Counted from the stretch's first letter, positions 10,301-24,400 are shown. The stretch: 64,000 nt of DNA from Camelus ferus (GCF_009834535.1 NC_045696.1:46378001-46442000), one strand, 5' to 3'. Program-made: numbers and translations. The notes: generated by a model not told the origin, from the letters alone.

Positions 10301-12892
10301 CTAAGAATAAATTTCCTTTGACTTTTCATTCCTAGTCTTAGTGTTTTACTGTCCACCCCACTAACTCCCAAAGCCAGGTATTGTGTCTGTTAGGTGTGTT
10401 TTCTTTTAACTTTGTTTTAATGTCATTTCCCCAGGGTACATCGACGGCTTTTATCTAGTCAACTTTATCAATCTTTTCTTTCTTTTCATTTGTATTTTAA
10501 GAAGGCCTTTCCTACCCCGGAGTCTATGATACTTTGTGCATTCTCTTATACATGTATCTGTTTGATTCTCATAGCTTTAAAAAAATTCTGTCTGCAATTT
10601 ATTGTTAATGTTGTGAGGTAGAGATGCATCTTGTTAACCCTTGCCCCTCACCTTCCCCACGAGACACACACCACACACACAGACACACACCCCCACCAAG
10701 GTGCAGCTAGTTGTCCCTGCTCCTTCTGTGGAATAGTGTGTGCTTTCTCTAATTTGAAATGCTTTTATCATATACAAATGTTTTGGAACTTAAAATACTG
10801 TGTTCTATTGATATATTTTTCTATTTCTGTGGAAATAACAGATTGAAATATGAACCTTTCTTACGAGTTTCATCAGTTTGTCAGTTGATTCTCTTGGGCA
10901 TTTTCTTACAAAAAGTCAAATTGTGAGACGAATGATAATCGTCACCTTGTCCAATCTTTTCCTTTTCCCATTTTTGTTTTTTTTTATTTTCGCTTTTGGT
11001 TAATGCATTGGCTAGTACCTCTGCTATAATGTTGATCACTCCTGGTGATAGTGTACATTTTTTCTTGTATATATTTTTATGTATTTTAATGCATCTAATA
11101 TTTATCTAACTACTGGAATTTTTTTTCTGTCCTTCACCTAGATCCTTTTTTATCAGGTTAAGGAAATCCTCTCCTATTCTTAGCTAAGAAATTTTATCAT
11201 AAATGGGTGGTAAAATGCTTTTTTGGCCTGATCATGTCATTTCCCTCTTTACCCTGTTGATGTAATTCATTGCATTGATAAATTTTCTGAAGGCAATCAT
11301 CCTTACATTTCTGGGCTAAATTCTGTTTGTTATTATGTTTTATTCTCATTTTAAACTTCCCTTAAGAATTTTGCATCCATACTGAGGTGTGATGGAATAG
11401 TAATTTTTTTCTTTCCTTTGCTGTTTTTACCTGGTTCTTGGATGGAATTAAGTGAGCCTCAGTTTAAATAGTTTCTTCTGCCTTTCTATGCTATGGAATA
11501 GGTAGCTTCAGGTATAAATTATTTATTCTGAATGCTTATTTAAACTCCTATAAAACTGACTCAGGCTAGTCCCTTTTTTTTAAGGATGTAGACTTTTGGC
11601 AACTGCTTTAATTGTTTTACTTTGGTTATTGTGGTGGTGTTTTCTTTCTGCTTGTTCTTTGGTAATTTTTGATAATTTATATTTTGTGAGGAAACCCTTT
11701 CATTATAGACTTTTAAGTTTTTGTTATATAGTTGCTCTTAGTGTTCTCTTAGAATGCTTAATTTTTTTCTGTCTCTAGTTTTTCTCATATGTTTATTAAT
11801 TTTTACCCTAGTTAATTCTGGGTTTTTTTGGTTCTTTTTCTCTTGTTTTTCTAGTGCTTTTTTTTTTTTTTGAAATAATTCATTTGTCTTCAAACTTCTA
11901 TTGTTCTCTAAAATGTCATTTGTCGCACTGTTTACAATGAGTACCATTTTGATGACATATCTCACACATTTTCTTGTATAGCATGATCATTGTCAATTTG
12001 CAATATTTAAAAATTGCACTTTGATTTACTCTCTAATATGCTACTTTTAGAAATATGGTTTAAAATTGCCAGTTAAAATTTTTTTGGCTGGTATTTAATT
12101 AATGACTTCTTATTGTATTTAGGTTAGTGACTGTGGCCAGCAGGATAGCAGTATTTAGTAATTTGTTAATTTAGCCTTTGTTGTTTGCCATATGATCAGT
12201 CTCTGAATACTTCTTTGAAAAGAATGTGATTTCTTTTTATGTGGAGTCCAGGATGCTACATATTTTTATGTTTGTTAGGTTAATATTATATCTACTAGGT
12301 TAATTTGAGTATGTTATTCCTATCCTTTTATAACATTAATTATTTTTTTAAATTTACCTTTTATTTTCTGAGAGGGATATTTAAAAATCTGTGATTGTGA
12401 TTTGTTAATTTTTGCTATTTGAAATTTCTTTGTTTTTACATTTCAAAAACTGCACTGTTAGATGTATAAGAATCAGTGACTATTATTTACTCGTGGAAGA
12501 TTATTCTTTTTGGCAGTGTAAATATATCTTTTTCCCTTTTAATGATTTTCTCTTTGATTTCTTGTCTGGTGTCACTGTTGCTATATGTACTTTCTCTTTG
12601 CGTTTGCCTGCTGTAGTTTCACATCCCTGAGTTTTAAACCTTTGTGTGTCATTTTGTTTTAGGTGTGTCTTTCATAGATGTGGACTTAGATTTTTATTTT
12701 TTAATTTAGCCAAGCATATCTCTGACTAAGTGTATTTGTATTTATTATGACTTATCTGCTATTTTTTTTAATATTATTCTCGCTTTCCATTTTCCACACT
12801 ATCATTAGAATGATCACATTTTCTTTGTTTTAGTCTTTATTTGTTCTGCTGGTTTGAATAGCACACATTTTTTTCCTACTTCGTGATTACTT

Positions 12893-13240
12893 CTACTTAT
12901 TTGTTTATTTTCTTTCAGTTTTATTTAGATACAGTTAGCATACAACACTGTGCAAGTTTAAGGTGTACAGCATTAATAATTTGACTTACATATATGGTGA
13001 AATGTTTACTACTATAAGTTTAGAACATCCATTCTCTCATATAGATACCCACCCCCCCAAAAAAAAGAAAAAAATGTTTTTCTCTTATGATGAGAACTTT
13101 TAGAATTTAGTCTCTAAGCAACTTTCAAGTATACCATACAGCAGTGTTAAATAGTCATCATGCTGTACATTACATCCCCAGTACTTATATTTATAACTGG
13201 AAGTTTGTATCTTTTGACCCCCTTTATCTAACTCCTCCAC
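12893..13240 (-). mobile_element. L1MA9-like 3' end nested in the older L1
   Basis: tacaacactgtgcaagtttaaggtgtacagca...catcatgctgtacattacatccccag...ataactggaagtttgta; degenerate TSD cttcgtgattactt (12879-12892) / cttcatgatatactt (13241-13255). Confidence 0.8.
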
Positions 13241-13994
13241 CTTCATGATATACTTTTAACAGGTGTATTTAAACATGTTTTTCTTACAATGTCTGGAGTT
13301 ACAGGTGTCTGTAGCTTTTTTTCTAAATGAGAGAAGAACTTGAGCATGCTCTTATTTTCCCCCATTCTAGGTTTTCAGCCTTTTAGGTTGATAAAGACAG
13401 AAATTTCCTCCTGGATAATTGTTAAAAGTAGAAGTTTGGTATCTCTTTTGTGGATAAATCTTTTCTCTTTTTTATGATAATTTTAAAGATTTTTGCTTTA
13501 TCCTTATTACTCAAAATTTCTCTTTAGTATGTGTAAATGTTTTTGTTTTTAATGTATCCCAGTTGGCACTCAGTAACAGCTTTCATTGTGACGCTTTCTG
13601 CCTTTGGAATCATGTTCTTCAATTATGTCAATTTCTCAAATACTCAGTTTTCAGATGTTGCCTCTCCTTCACTCTCAGTTTGCACCTATTGGAATTGCTG
13701 GTAGATAATGGAAAGTAGATCTGTACTCTGGGTCTCAAATCTTTTCTTTTTTTACCTTTGATTTCTTTATTCTTTTCTTTTACGTTCTGGAGAAATCTTT
13801 GGCTCAGGTTCGAGCTCACTAACTCCCTCTTCAGTAGTGTTCCTTTAGTGGTGTCCTACTATTCATTTTCAGTCTTTTAGTTCAGTAAATACATTTTTTT
13901 CATTTCCAAGCTGTCCAAAGTTTCATTTCCATAATTCAAGGTTCTTTTTACACACATCCAGATGGTTTTGAAGTACATGTAAAGTACGTGTCTG

Positions 13995-14165
13995 ATATAA
14001 GCATGCAGCTTCCAATAATCACACAGACCTGTGTTCAGATCTTGTTTCACTACCACTTAACTGTGTTATGGCTGGTTACTTGATGCCTCTGTTTAAGCTT
14101 CAATTTTCTGGCAAAAGTGTGATAAAATATCACTATGCTGTGTTGGTGTGGGGATGAAATTCTGT
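13995..14165 (+). mobile_element. MIR SINE
   Basis: cagacctgtgttcagatcttgtttcactaccacttaactgtg...ttacttgatgcctctg. Confidence 0.65.
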
Positions 14166-14169
14166 AACT

Positions 14170-14278
14170 GTAATATTAGCTAACTTGTTAGACACTACGT
14201 GCCAGGAACTCTACTAGGTTATTCTACTCACAACTGTTATCTTATTTAATTCAGAAATTCCTTTTCAACAATCCTAAG
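14170..14278 (-). mobile_element. MIR SINE fragment
   Basis: tagctaacttgttagacactacgtgccaggaact...ttatcttatttaattc. Confidence 0.6.
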
Positions 14279-14305
14279 AAACTATCCTATCTAGGATAGT
14301 TTCTT
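14276..14305. repeat. Perfect inverted repeat, 14-bp arms with 2-nt spacer
   Basis: aagaaactatccta-tc-taggatagtttctt. Confidence 0.95.
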
Positions 14306-16059
14306 GTTTCTTATTCCCCTGAAAGCAGCTGATCATGTTGTTCTAGTTGTTGAAATTCATTGCCTTAAGCAAATCTTTGATCACTAGTTCTATTGGCTTC
14401 TCAAACTTACTAAGTAAACAGTATATTGAAGAGAGGTATGCTTGGCCTACCTTTGACTGCATTTCTTTTTTAGAGTGATTCCTTTTCCATCTTATGTTCC
14501 CCTGCTCATTGTTAGGTCCTTGTGTGTGTGAATTGTCGCTTCATCCCTTTGCTGGGATTCATTAATTGAGCTATGTACCATTGGTGCAGTTTCTCCCGTT
14601 TGCTGTTGACTGTACAGGGCATTTACTCTTTCTGAAAGGATAATAGACTTGGGGAAGAAATCATTTAGCTACATAGAGGGTAAATAAAGGTTATGGGAAA
14701 TTATATCATGAAAATATTAACCCAGAAAGTACACTACGTTCTTTAAGATTCTTAGGATGGTACAGTTATTCCTGAATAGAACCACTGTGTGCTGGTGACC
14801 ACTTCTGAAACTGTTGCCTCAACTTTTTGGAATTGCAGTATTCAGCTAGCCCTTTCTTTTCTTCTCAACAATTCCTAGTGAAAGGATTTGTGGACAGTTG
14901 TTTATGTTTTAAAATAAGAGCAAATAAGTTAAAACTAATTTAATACATTGTCTTGAGACAATTGGTGCCCATTAAAGGGCTATTTTACTGAGACTGTCAC
15001 TCTTCAAAGAAGCCCAGAATGCCTGAAATGGATTGGAGGTTTTCATGTGTTAAAAGTAATTGCATGTTAGTCTTTATATCTGAATGTTTTATAATCATGA
15101 GTAAACTCTCAACATGTTACCTCCTTTCATTGTTATCTTCTGATTATTAGTATGTTTACAAATTCTTTTTTAAAAAAGACTAAAATTACCATCAATATGG
15201 TATAATCATTGCAGTGTTTAATATACAAATATGTGTACAGGCTAGTTTTTAAAAGTAACATTTAAATTATGAGCCACTCAAAGTAAACAATTTATTGAAA
15301 GATGACTAGGAAAGCTAATGTTTTTGGAAATACAGTGATTTACCTCTGATACAGTAAGATGCCCATTTTAAATAATATGAAACAACAAAAATTTCTTAAG
15401 TGATGTTCCTAAATGAGCCACACTATTGGTTAAGTCTGTCTTCAAAAGAAGTCAATGCTTTTAATTTACTGCCAGTATACCAATACATGTATTTTTTGGC
15501 TTATTTAAAAATTCTGAGTAAATGTGTAACTCATATACCAAATTTTAATGTTATTCTAATTTAGTAATTAAAAGATTAACCAAGTAAAAACAATGAAAAG
15601 ATTATATTCAATCTTACACCCTTATTATAGGAATAAGATTATATTTATAATAATTAACCTGTATTAATGCAGCTATTTTTCAGTGTTTCACAATTATGGT
15701 CCTTTAATAATGTACATAGATTAAATCTAAATAAGAACAGAAAGAAATCAAATAAATTATGTCTTATGAAGATTATGAAGTGTTCGCCTTGAAGATTTAT
15801 TAGTCAAATCATCTGATATCTTTGTATAAACTCTGAGTTTCTTGAGGTACAAATAATAAATATGTGAAAATATTACACAGGCTTTAAAAATGAAACCGTA
15901 GATTAAACATAGTTACAATTTTATTAGCTAATTTCAGTATATTTAACAGGAACTACAAAGTTTTGGCTTTCTGGGACAGTCCTAATTTAAAATCTCTCTC
16001 ATTGTCTTTATAAATACATGAGCATTTTCTCAGATCATGGTTTGGAAAATATATGTGGA

Positions 16060-16290
16060 TAATAAAAATAATAGCTGCCATTTATTGAACACTCATTATG
16101 ATAAAGCAGTATGGTTTCAAGGATTATGTCACTTATTCTTGCCAAAAACTGGTGGTAAGGATTATACACATCCCCATTTTATAAATGAGAAAATCGAGAT
16201 CCTCAAAGTTAAGTAACATCCATGATTACACAGCTAGTAGAGGACTCTAGATTCAAGCCCAGCATTCTCTTGTTTCAAGATAACATTATA
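16060..16290 (-). mobile_element. MIR SINE
   Basis: ataatagctgccatttattgaacac...atccccattttataaatgagaaaatcgag...agttaagtaac...gattcaagcccag. Confidence 0.8.
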
Positions 16291-18759
16291 TTAAATTACA
16301 TTTGGATGTAGGCTATTTCACTCTTCTTTGCAATATAGCAGCTTTAGCTTGATCTTTCAAGAAATGTAATTTCAAATACATATATATGTTTAATTGTCTA
16401 TTAAAGCTTAGGCTGCTCTTCGGAAATTATGAAGAATAAAGGATTACATCATACATTTTTTGGTACTCTGACACTTAGTGTAATGTCATGTATAATGACA
16501 AGCACTCAATAATTGTTGAAATGAAATAAGGAAAATTCTTGATTGGGAGCTTAATGAATAAAAGTGGGTAACGATATGTAACAATATATAAAAATTCAGC
16601 TTTCAAGTTTCCATTATTAATGTGATTTAGAGATGAACACTAAATGCTGAAGAATATCTCTTGACCCATTCCACGTTATGAATATACAGATTTATTTTTC
16701 AGAAAGAGTGACTCAAGGCTGTAGAGGGCAGTGTAGACCAGCTCAAGTGGACTTTCTGTGTTAGAGAGATGCTATAATTGTTGCTGTGGTCCAGCTATCC
16801 AGTTAAGTTTTAACAGCCCAAGTATCTGACCACTGACTATTAAAATTGTCTGACACTTAAAAATGGAGAAGGATAAATGAAAGGTGTATTAGAACCAGAG
16901 AATTACATAAACCCACAAAGAACCTGGCAATTAAACACACACTCTTTCTGTTCTTATAAACTCTAGTGGCAAAACCAGGATCATTACCTGGATAATTTAG
17001 GCCTAAAAATAGCATTTTTGTGTCAGTGAACTTGGTGATAAAGTTTCTTGTAAAGGATTTTCTCTCCTCTTTAGTTTTCTAATTAAACAACTTGAATTAA
17101 AAATAGTGGCACTCTCAGTTGTTCTCCCCTTTTCCTCTCCCCTCCTCACCACTTTATGAAGACATAGACTATTTAGTTCTGTATTAATTTATGCACCATA
17201 CTAAATTTTTAAAACATTTAGTAACATCAATTCAGGTTTATTTGACATTCTCTCATTCTGTTGCCAGTATTCATGGACAGCTTGATTATCTAGTTTGCTT
17301 GTTTTTATCACCCTCCTAGTGAATAGGATGTTTTTGGACTATATTTTGCAGTGAGTGGCATAGGTTTTAATTTAGGGGGGAAAAAACCCCAAAACCTATC
17401 AGCTCACAAATATTTCAGTTTTTGGCAAAACTGCCACCAGCGTTGCATATACTGACCGTCTGCTGGGGACAGGTATCTATAGTCTGAAGAAGTACCATAC
17501 GGTATTATGTTAGTTATAATATTAATTTTTATTAAAATACTGTATTATCTGCCCATTTATCTTAGCTTTTTGGTTTTGGCTTTAGATAAATACAATTTCC
17601 ATAACTGAAAATTTCATAAGTAAAAATCACATCTTCGGTAATTGCAGATGCAGTATACTGGTCATTGTACTAACTTCACTGGGTAATTTAAATAATTTTA
17701 AGAGGCACGTAGTCCTTGAGTAACAGAATATCTCCAAAGCTTTAATGAAAAATGAAAAAGCAAATTTTCTAAATGTAGATAAATGAAGCCTATATGCCAG
17801 AAATTAGAGGAGTGCTGACTTCAAGTCTTTCTGTTGTATGTTTGACAGTTTAAAATGTGAAGAGAACCAAGGAACATACAGTTCAGAAAAACTAACTTTA
17901 TATTTTTAGATTCCATCCATATTCTCATTTAATTTTCAGAACAACTTATGGTAGAGTCAGGGTTGCCATTGTTATCTTTGCAGATGTGGGGGAACTGAGG
18001 CTCAGGGCAATATGAGGGATATGGTGAAGTTGAAGTGGCTCATAACTCATTACACTACAACAGGAACCCAGTCCTGCCTGTGGTGTTTGCTTAGAATTAA
18101 ATGGCTGTTTTATGATGTTGTTAGCACAAATATAAGTGATTTTTTCCATGCTTTTAAGAATTGAAACACTACCGATATTTTGTTGAATGAATAACTGACT
18201 TTTTTAAAAAAACAATATGTTATCTGGAAACTCTCAGTAACAGTTTATAATTTCAACTTATTGGCCTCACTAGTACACTAACTTTGGGGCAGTTTCTAGT
18301 TTTCAGTTTTGCTTTAAGTCTAAGGTTTGATCTTCCTGTCTGCTGTCTACCTATCTATCTAGTTATTTTTACCCTGTGAATTTTGTTTTATTATTAGGGT
18401 CTTGTGTCTTTGGCTGCAAGGGACTGATCAAAACTTTTCTTGTGATTTTTTTTTTTTTTATTCTCCCAAAGCTCTTTATAAACATTAAATCACAAGAAGA
18501 AATTTATTTTTTTACTGCATCTCTGAGAAGCACATAAAATTTGCTGCCATAAATCCCATTAATTAAAGTACTAAAAAGGATCCCTAACACACCTGTTCTT
18601 CTCTGAAGGGAGGGAGCTGGACCAGTGTGTGGTACTGTTGATGTGAGTGTGAAGCACAGTGTGATTCACTTAGCAAGCAAGTAAATGCACATTTATGGTT
18701 TTAAATTTATCAAAACAAAATTTCACAATAAAAATTAGTAGAAATAGAAGGCAAGGTTG

Positions 18760-19000
18760 GAAGATAAGGATATTCTGGCTCTGTCTTCCTAGGAGAAGAA
18801 TTTGAGGCTTACTTTAAGTGTGTATGACTTTGGGCAAGTTATTTAAACTCTCTAAATCTCCGTTTCCTTATCTTTAAAGTGGGGGTAATAATAGTACCTT
18901 CCTCATTGACTGTTGAGAGAAATAGTGAGATAAAACATGTAAATGGCTTCTATACTTCTTGGCATATGATATTCTCTAAGTAAATGATAATAGTAGTAGC
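18760..19000 (+). mobile_element. MIR SINE
   Basis: tgactttgggcaagttatttaaactctct...ccgtttccttatctttaaagtgggggtaataatagtacct. Confidence 0.85.
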
Positions 19001-19559
19001 AGTAACTCTTGTTGCTGCAATAATCTTTAATGAAAATCAGTTCATAGCTAAAGTTCAGTGGTAGCAAAAGGTGTGGAAAGGAATGATAAAATGAGTGAAG
19101 AATAGATAACTAGACTCCATGGGGGCTTAGCAGCTGGTGTGATGTGGGTGTTGAAGTTAAGGGGGCACCAAGGTGACTGTGATCAGTCAAGGATAGGGGG
19201 CTGTTTTAAAGATATGGTATTCTCCCTTACTTCAAGAACACAGGATTTCAAAGAAATATTACTGAGGCAAAGTAGTAGGTAAAAGGAAAGAAAAAAAAAA
19301 TAAAAAGAATTGAGGATAACTTTTGTTTTTTATTTGACACACTTGTTTTAATTAATTTGTATTTCACGTTCACCAGTTTCAAATGCTTTTTTATGTATAG
19401 TGCTTTTGTTGTTGTTCTCCTGTCTAATTCAAGTTTTTGGTACTAATTTGTTTGGCTAGTGAATGGCAAAAAGTCTGCCATTGCTCTATTTAAGACTCGG
19501 CTCTTCTTTAAGATAAACAGTATCTAGAAGCATGACCAGGTACATTCACTGCATTGTAA

Positions 19560-20500
19560 GAGGGAAGGGGGGGAGTAGTCAGGAAGCATGTAGGTGGGAA
19601 GGGTTTCCTGTTTCCAGGCAACAGCGAGGAGCTACAGAGGGAAAGCAACTTGAATATAAATTCATTCAGGAGAGGACATTTTGCCACACTGCCTTGTAGC
19701 CGATGGGGACACAGACTTGATTCTGGAAGATAGTGTAGGTTTAAACTTCACTTGTCAATGGGTAAAGTTATTGGAAACCTCATTCTCTTCAGGTTTTGTG
19801 TGTACTAAAACAATACCATGTACTAGTGGCCAAGTTAGAATTTTGCAGTATTTTGAAAACAGTAGCAACCAGCGTGCTCGCCTTTCTCCTTTTCCAGAAG
19901 CACGGGGCATTCTGTGCTTCATTTTCCCGTCTAGACGTCTGCGGAGAGAGCGGAGGGACTCTTGGCTTTAGAGCAGGCGCCTTCCCCGCCTGCCTCCATC
20001 TGCAGGAAGGAGGGAGAAGCACAGCACCCTCGCTCACAGGGACGTGCTTCCTCCTGCGGTGAAGCCAGCCCCGAGGTTCAGCCGGAGCGGAGGGGACAAA
20101 TCCCTCCTCCCTGGGCCAGGGGGAGCTTGGGCTGGTCACCTGCTTGTGGCATTTTTTTCCCTGACCCGTGAAACGCAGGCGAGTGGTGTATTTGGAAGAA
20201 TGGAAGAAGGCGTCAGCGGGAGGCAGCTCCCTGATGGGGGTGGGTTAATCCTGGGTATTAAGAAAGGTGGTTGTTTAAATACTGGTTCCCCAAAGATCTT
20301 GTAACTGATGCAGTAAATCTCTGGGCCCTGAAGGACCCTCCAGTTTTACACTCCAGCACTGGAGTGCGTGGGTGGGCAAGTTTAGAGATTGGTGAGAAAC
20401 CCGGAGACGGTTACACACGCAGAAAAGAATTGCCTGTGTAGAATGCATTCTTTCCTCACTTTCACATTGGATTCCCTTTAGAGTTGTTAAGGTGAGCTAC
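19560..20500 (+). promoter_or_regulatory. Non-repetitive GC/CpG-enriched element; candidate enhancer or internal promoter/first exon
   Basis: Cluster of CpGs at 19870-20420 in an otherwise CpG-depleted window; ccccgcc GC box; several GGAA (ETS) cores; donor-like CAG|gcgagt (20178) and AAG|gtgagc (20491). Confidence 0.5.
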
Positions 20501-21238
20501 TTTTCTTTTAAAATCTACTTTTCATTGTTTCATTAGACTGCTTATGTTTATAAGAGTTTTCTTCAAAATCTCAGGCAAACGATAGGTCTTGTGAAGGGGT
20601 TAAGCACCCTGTGGATCTTGCACTCGGAACTGCCCTCTGCTCAGAGGAGAGGAGAAAAGCAGGTGCTGTTGGTTGGGGGTTGGCCTGGGCGAGCCCTGCA
20701 TTTTATTGCTTAGTCTGGAGCCTCCTTGAGTGACTCCTCCAGGGACTATAGGTGCCTTACCTCCACTAATTACTTTCAGGGCCACAGAAAGAGCTGCCCA
20801 GACTCTTAAGCAAACATTCAGGATCCAAGCTTTATATTGGATCCCCTCTCACCATGTCTCTGAGGATGAATCACCCCTTGAAGGGTCTAATCTGTTTCCT
20901 TATTGTCTTGTCTGGAAGGGTCACATTATTTAAATGTAACTCCTGAGAGCCTGGCAGGTCTTTTCAAACAAATGTTGATGGATGCCTTGCAGTCCCTCCC
21001 ACCCCAACAGATTTCTTTATGCTTCTTTTTACATAGACACTTAACCTACATAGAGTGTGCCTCCTTTATGACCAGAGAGAAGAAATTAAAGGAGTTTCAT
21101 CCTCACGGTTTATAGTTTGTTTTTCTTTGCCTGGTGGCTTTTAGTCAGATGTCAAACTGTATCCCTCTTTTCTGTACTTGTGTACTTCTATCCTATGGGG
21201 ATGTTTAAAAAGGACCTATGGTAGACTGAGTCTCTTTT

Positions 21239-21487
21239 ATTTTTTTTTTAAAAGAGCTTCTTTTTTATTAATTTTTTTCTTCTTTCTTTTTTCTTTACTT
21301 CTGTTTTTATTTGAAGAGCCTAGGTGTGGTTTTTTGTGTTTGTTTAGGTTTTTTTGGGGGGGGGAGGTAATTTAGGTTTATTTATTTATGTATTTATTAA
21401 TGGAGGTACTAGGCATTGAACCCAGGATCTCAGGCATACTAGGCATGCTAAGCCCTCACTCTACCACTGAGCTATACCTCCCCCCGG
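21239..21487 (-). mobile_element. Camelid tRNA-derived SINE (vic-1 type) with a long composite tail
   Basis: Reverse strand reads ggggaggtatagctcagtggtagagtg...cctgggttcaat...tacctccattaataaata...aaacctaaattacctcccccc; TSD gtctctttt at 21230-21238 and 21488-21496. Confidence 0.9.
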
Positions 21488-24400
21488 GTCTCTTTTGAGT
21501 TTTACTGTCATTTTCTATAGAATTAATTTTTAAATTTGGTTTTAAGGACATGATTTGGCAAGTTCTGGTGTACTTGTTAATCATGTTATATAATTATATA
21601 TTAATGGCTGTGAATTTTTTAACTTCAAATAACTTTGAATTGTACTCGAGAAGCTCACTTTAAATCAGTGCAGCAGATTTTAAAAGGCCAATAATCTTTT
21701 ATGTAAAATTTGAGTTACTTATGGCATTATATAGGCAGTTAGTTGGGTCTAGTTCATTTTAACTACTTGACATTAGGTATAGAATTTAATTTCAGATAGA
21801 GGAAATTATGAAAGATTAATGTAATAAAATAGACTCTACACATCATACTTTAAAAATGAAAAAATAATTGTTTATCAGGAGTTTATGTTGGCTCTTTACG
21901 CGATTTTTATAGACATTGCTTCTGTTACGCTAACATTTTAGACAGAAGATGTCTTAAATCCAAAGATTTTTGTTTGTTTTTTCCCTTATTCTCACTAGTC
22001 TTCTTCAACATAGTCATCCTTGATATTTCTTTGCATGTTCAATACTGTTTTCAGCATGTTTGTATGATAATATATATTAACAATTTGCTTTATTTTACTG
22101 AAGAGTCAAAAGTAAGATTTCCATGTGGGATTCAATTAATAAAGGCACATTGTCTTTTCTTTTTTAAATTTAAATATCACAACATGCTTTTAAAGACACT
22201 TTGCATTGTGCTTACATACCCTTAAATGTTGTTCCCAAAGGTGCTCAGACTCTAGCCTAGCTGGAATCTCTGGGGAGAGACAGAGTACAGTTTGGCGAAG
22301 GAACATTGTTCTTTGATGTTAGCCACTTCAAACTTTAATTGAAATCTTAGTAGTTAAGTAATTACCAGAAATACAACTGATATATAGGTATGCTATCAGG
22401 AAGAAAAATATTCTATAGTTAAAGAAATTAAACCGTCAATATTTTAAATAAGAGATATTAAATTTTATGGTGTAATTATATAAATAAATGTTTAAATACG
22501 TAAAACCTAAAGTCTACCTGATACCTGGTCTCTTGCTAACCTTTTTAGCTGTTATTAAGTGAATTCGTGAATGAGTTTTGCTTAATAAAGAACAATCTAT
22601 ATTTAACAAGGATCAAATTTAAACCCAGCTACTAAGTTTTCATAGAAGCTGCTACTTTTGTGTTAAAATACCTTTAATCATACTTTCACTTACTGAGCTT
22701 TTAGAGAGTAATCACACTTAAGTGCTGAAGTGTTGGATGGATAAAAGAGAAATTTAAGACCTTTCCCCCACATCCTGGGAAAGGAATAGTCATTTCCCTG
22801 TTTATGCTGAATCGTCTTTGGTGATACAGGCCAGTTTCTTTCAGAATTCCTAAACTTGGAAATTCCCTTTCTGTGATCCTGTATTTGTGCCTTGCTCCTA
22901 CCAAGTCTGAAGTGAAGGGACCATATTTTTTTCATTCTTCCAACTTGCACAGCCGATGTACATACTAGACAGGTAATAACTGTGGAATTAAGCAGAGATT
23001 TTTTGAAAAAGTAGCTTTAAGAATGGAATGATCCTCCAAATTAAAATTAAAATTTTGCTAATTAATCTTTTCTGTTATGGGCATGAGCTGATGTTGTTTG
23101 GTTTTTATACATTGCATACAACCTTGGTACTTAATATCCTTGAGTTGGCGGTTTCTTTTACTTTGCAAACAGGAATTTAAGATAAAATCTGAATTCCAGT
23201 TTTACATAAAGAATACAGTTTATCAACAACAGGGCAGAATTTATAGAATTTATTAAATATAATTCTTAATCATGTACTATTTCCTCTAAGGAGTAGTCTG
23301 ATATTTTTAGAAAAAGAATAATGCTTTATAATTGTAATTACTATTACTAAAATGTTTTAAAATATAATTTGGATTCTATTAGTTTATATAGTATTACTAC
23401 ATCTATGGTGGCATAGTTGTAAGACATATTTACTTTATAATATTCATTTTAGTCCAATATGTATATGTGAGAGTAGAAAGAAAGACTCTCTAAAAATTAT
23501 TTTTTTCAAAGATTTCAGCAGAAGCAATAGTTTCTTCTTAGCTTGTTAGGGCATCAGATATTTTGGCAAACTTTCTGTTTAATAAAATATTCACATTGGC
23601 TTGGTAGAAGTATTTTTTTAAAGTATTTTCCACAGGTAGTAAATATTTAGCAAAACTGTGTATCTTGAAAACATTTGGCAAAAAATTGTGTAGTATTTAT
23701 TAAGAAGTTTCAGTATGTATATGAAATATGTGGGAACTGTTTTTACATGACATTTTTATTTTTTTCTGGAAGGTTGTACCTTTTGACCACATTCACTTGT
23801 GTGTTTTGTTTTTAGGTCACATTACGTTTAGTTTTATCCTAGTACCCAGACAGTATTTATAAAACTAAGATTTTTTTTGGCGGTATTAATTTTTTTTTTT
23901 TATAAAAGCATTGAAGTTATATCTTTGCGGTTAAAAGATTTTCTTAGTATGCATGGTAAGTAGCCATCTTTAAAAACCCAGAGTCAATCAAATTTCAGAC
24001 AATTAATACTAATTTTAGGACAGTTTCCAGACATAAATATCATCAAAGAGAGTCTTCTCCCTTTTTTTTTTTTTTTCTTTGTTTGTTTTAAATCATGAGT
24101 GGGAAACAGTTCTTTACTTACTAGTATCTTACTAGTATAAGTATTACTATCTTAAGTAGTATTTTTCCATCTTAAAGCTGTTGGCATATAAAAAGGTAAT
24201 ACTTCCTGTGTTAATGTTTTATCTCTGGGACAGTAATGCATCAGGTCAAGTGTAGTGCTTGGTAGTTTAAGTTCTAGGATCTGTTGTTTTTAATAGTTTT
24301 TAACTTTAAAAAAGTGTAAGTTTAAATTTTAAACATTTCAATGATGATCTGTTTTCCTGCTTTGCTAAATAGAATATAACAAACACAATTATATTTTTTT

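Larger units (their letters stand above)
10330..14560 (-). mobile_element. Very old, fragmented antisense L1 (L1ME/L1M4-like) with nested insertions
   Basis: Long T-rich tract with antisense ORF2 motifs (gcattggctagtacctc, atcaggttaaggaaatcctctcctattc, tcataaatgggtg, gccatatgatcagt...ttgaaaagaatgtg). Confidence 0.7.

Noticed and set aside
17428..17450. gccaccagcgttgca as a CTCF site
   Set aside because: The G-rich 3' half of the core is missing
21400..21487. tRNA-like sequence with A and B boxes (also 26780-26855)
   Set aside because: These are SINE heads with tails and TSDs, not tRNA genes
24115..24165. cttactagtat tandem pair with short palindromes
   Set aside because: An 11-bp duplication in AT-rich DNA; too short to imply function
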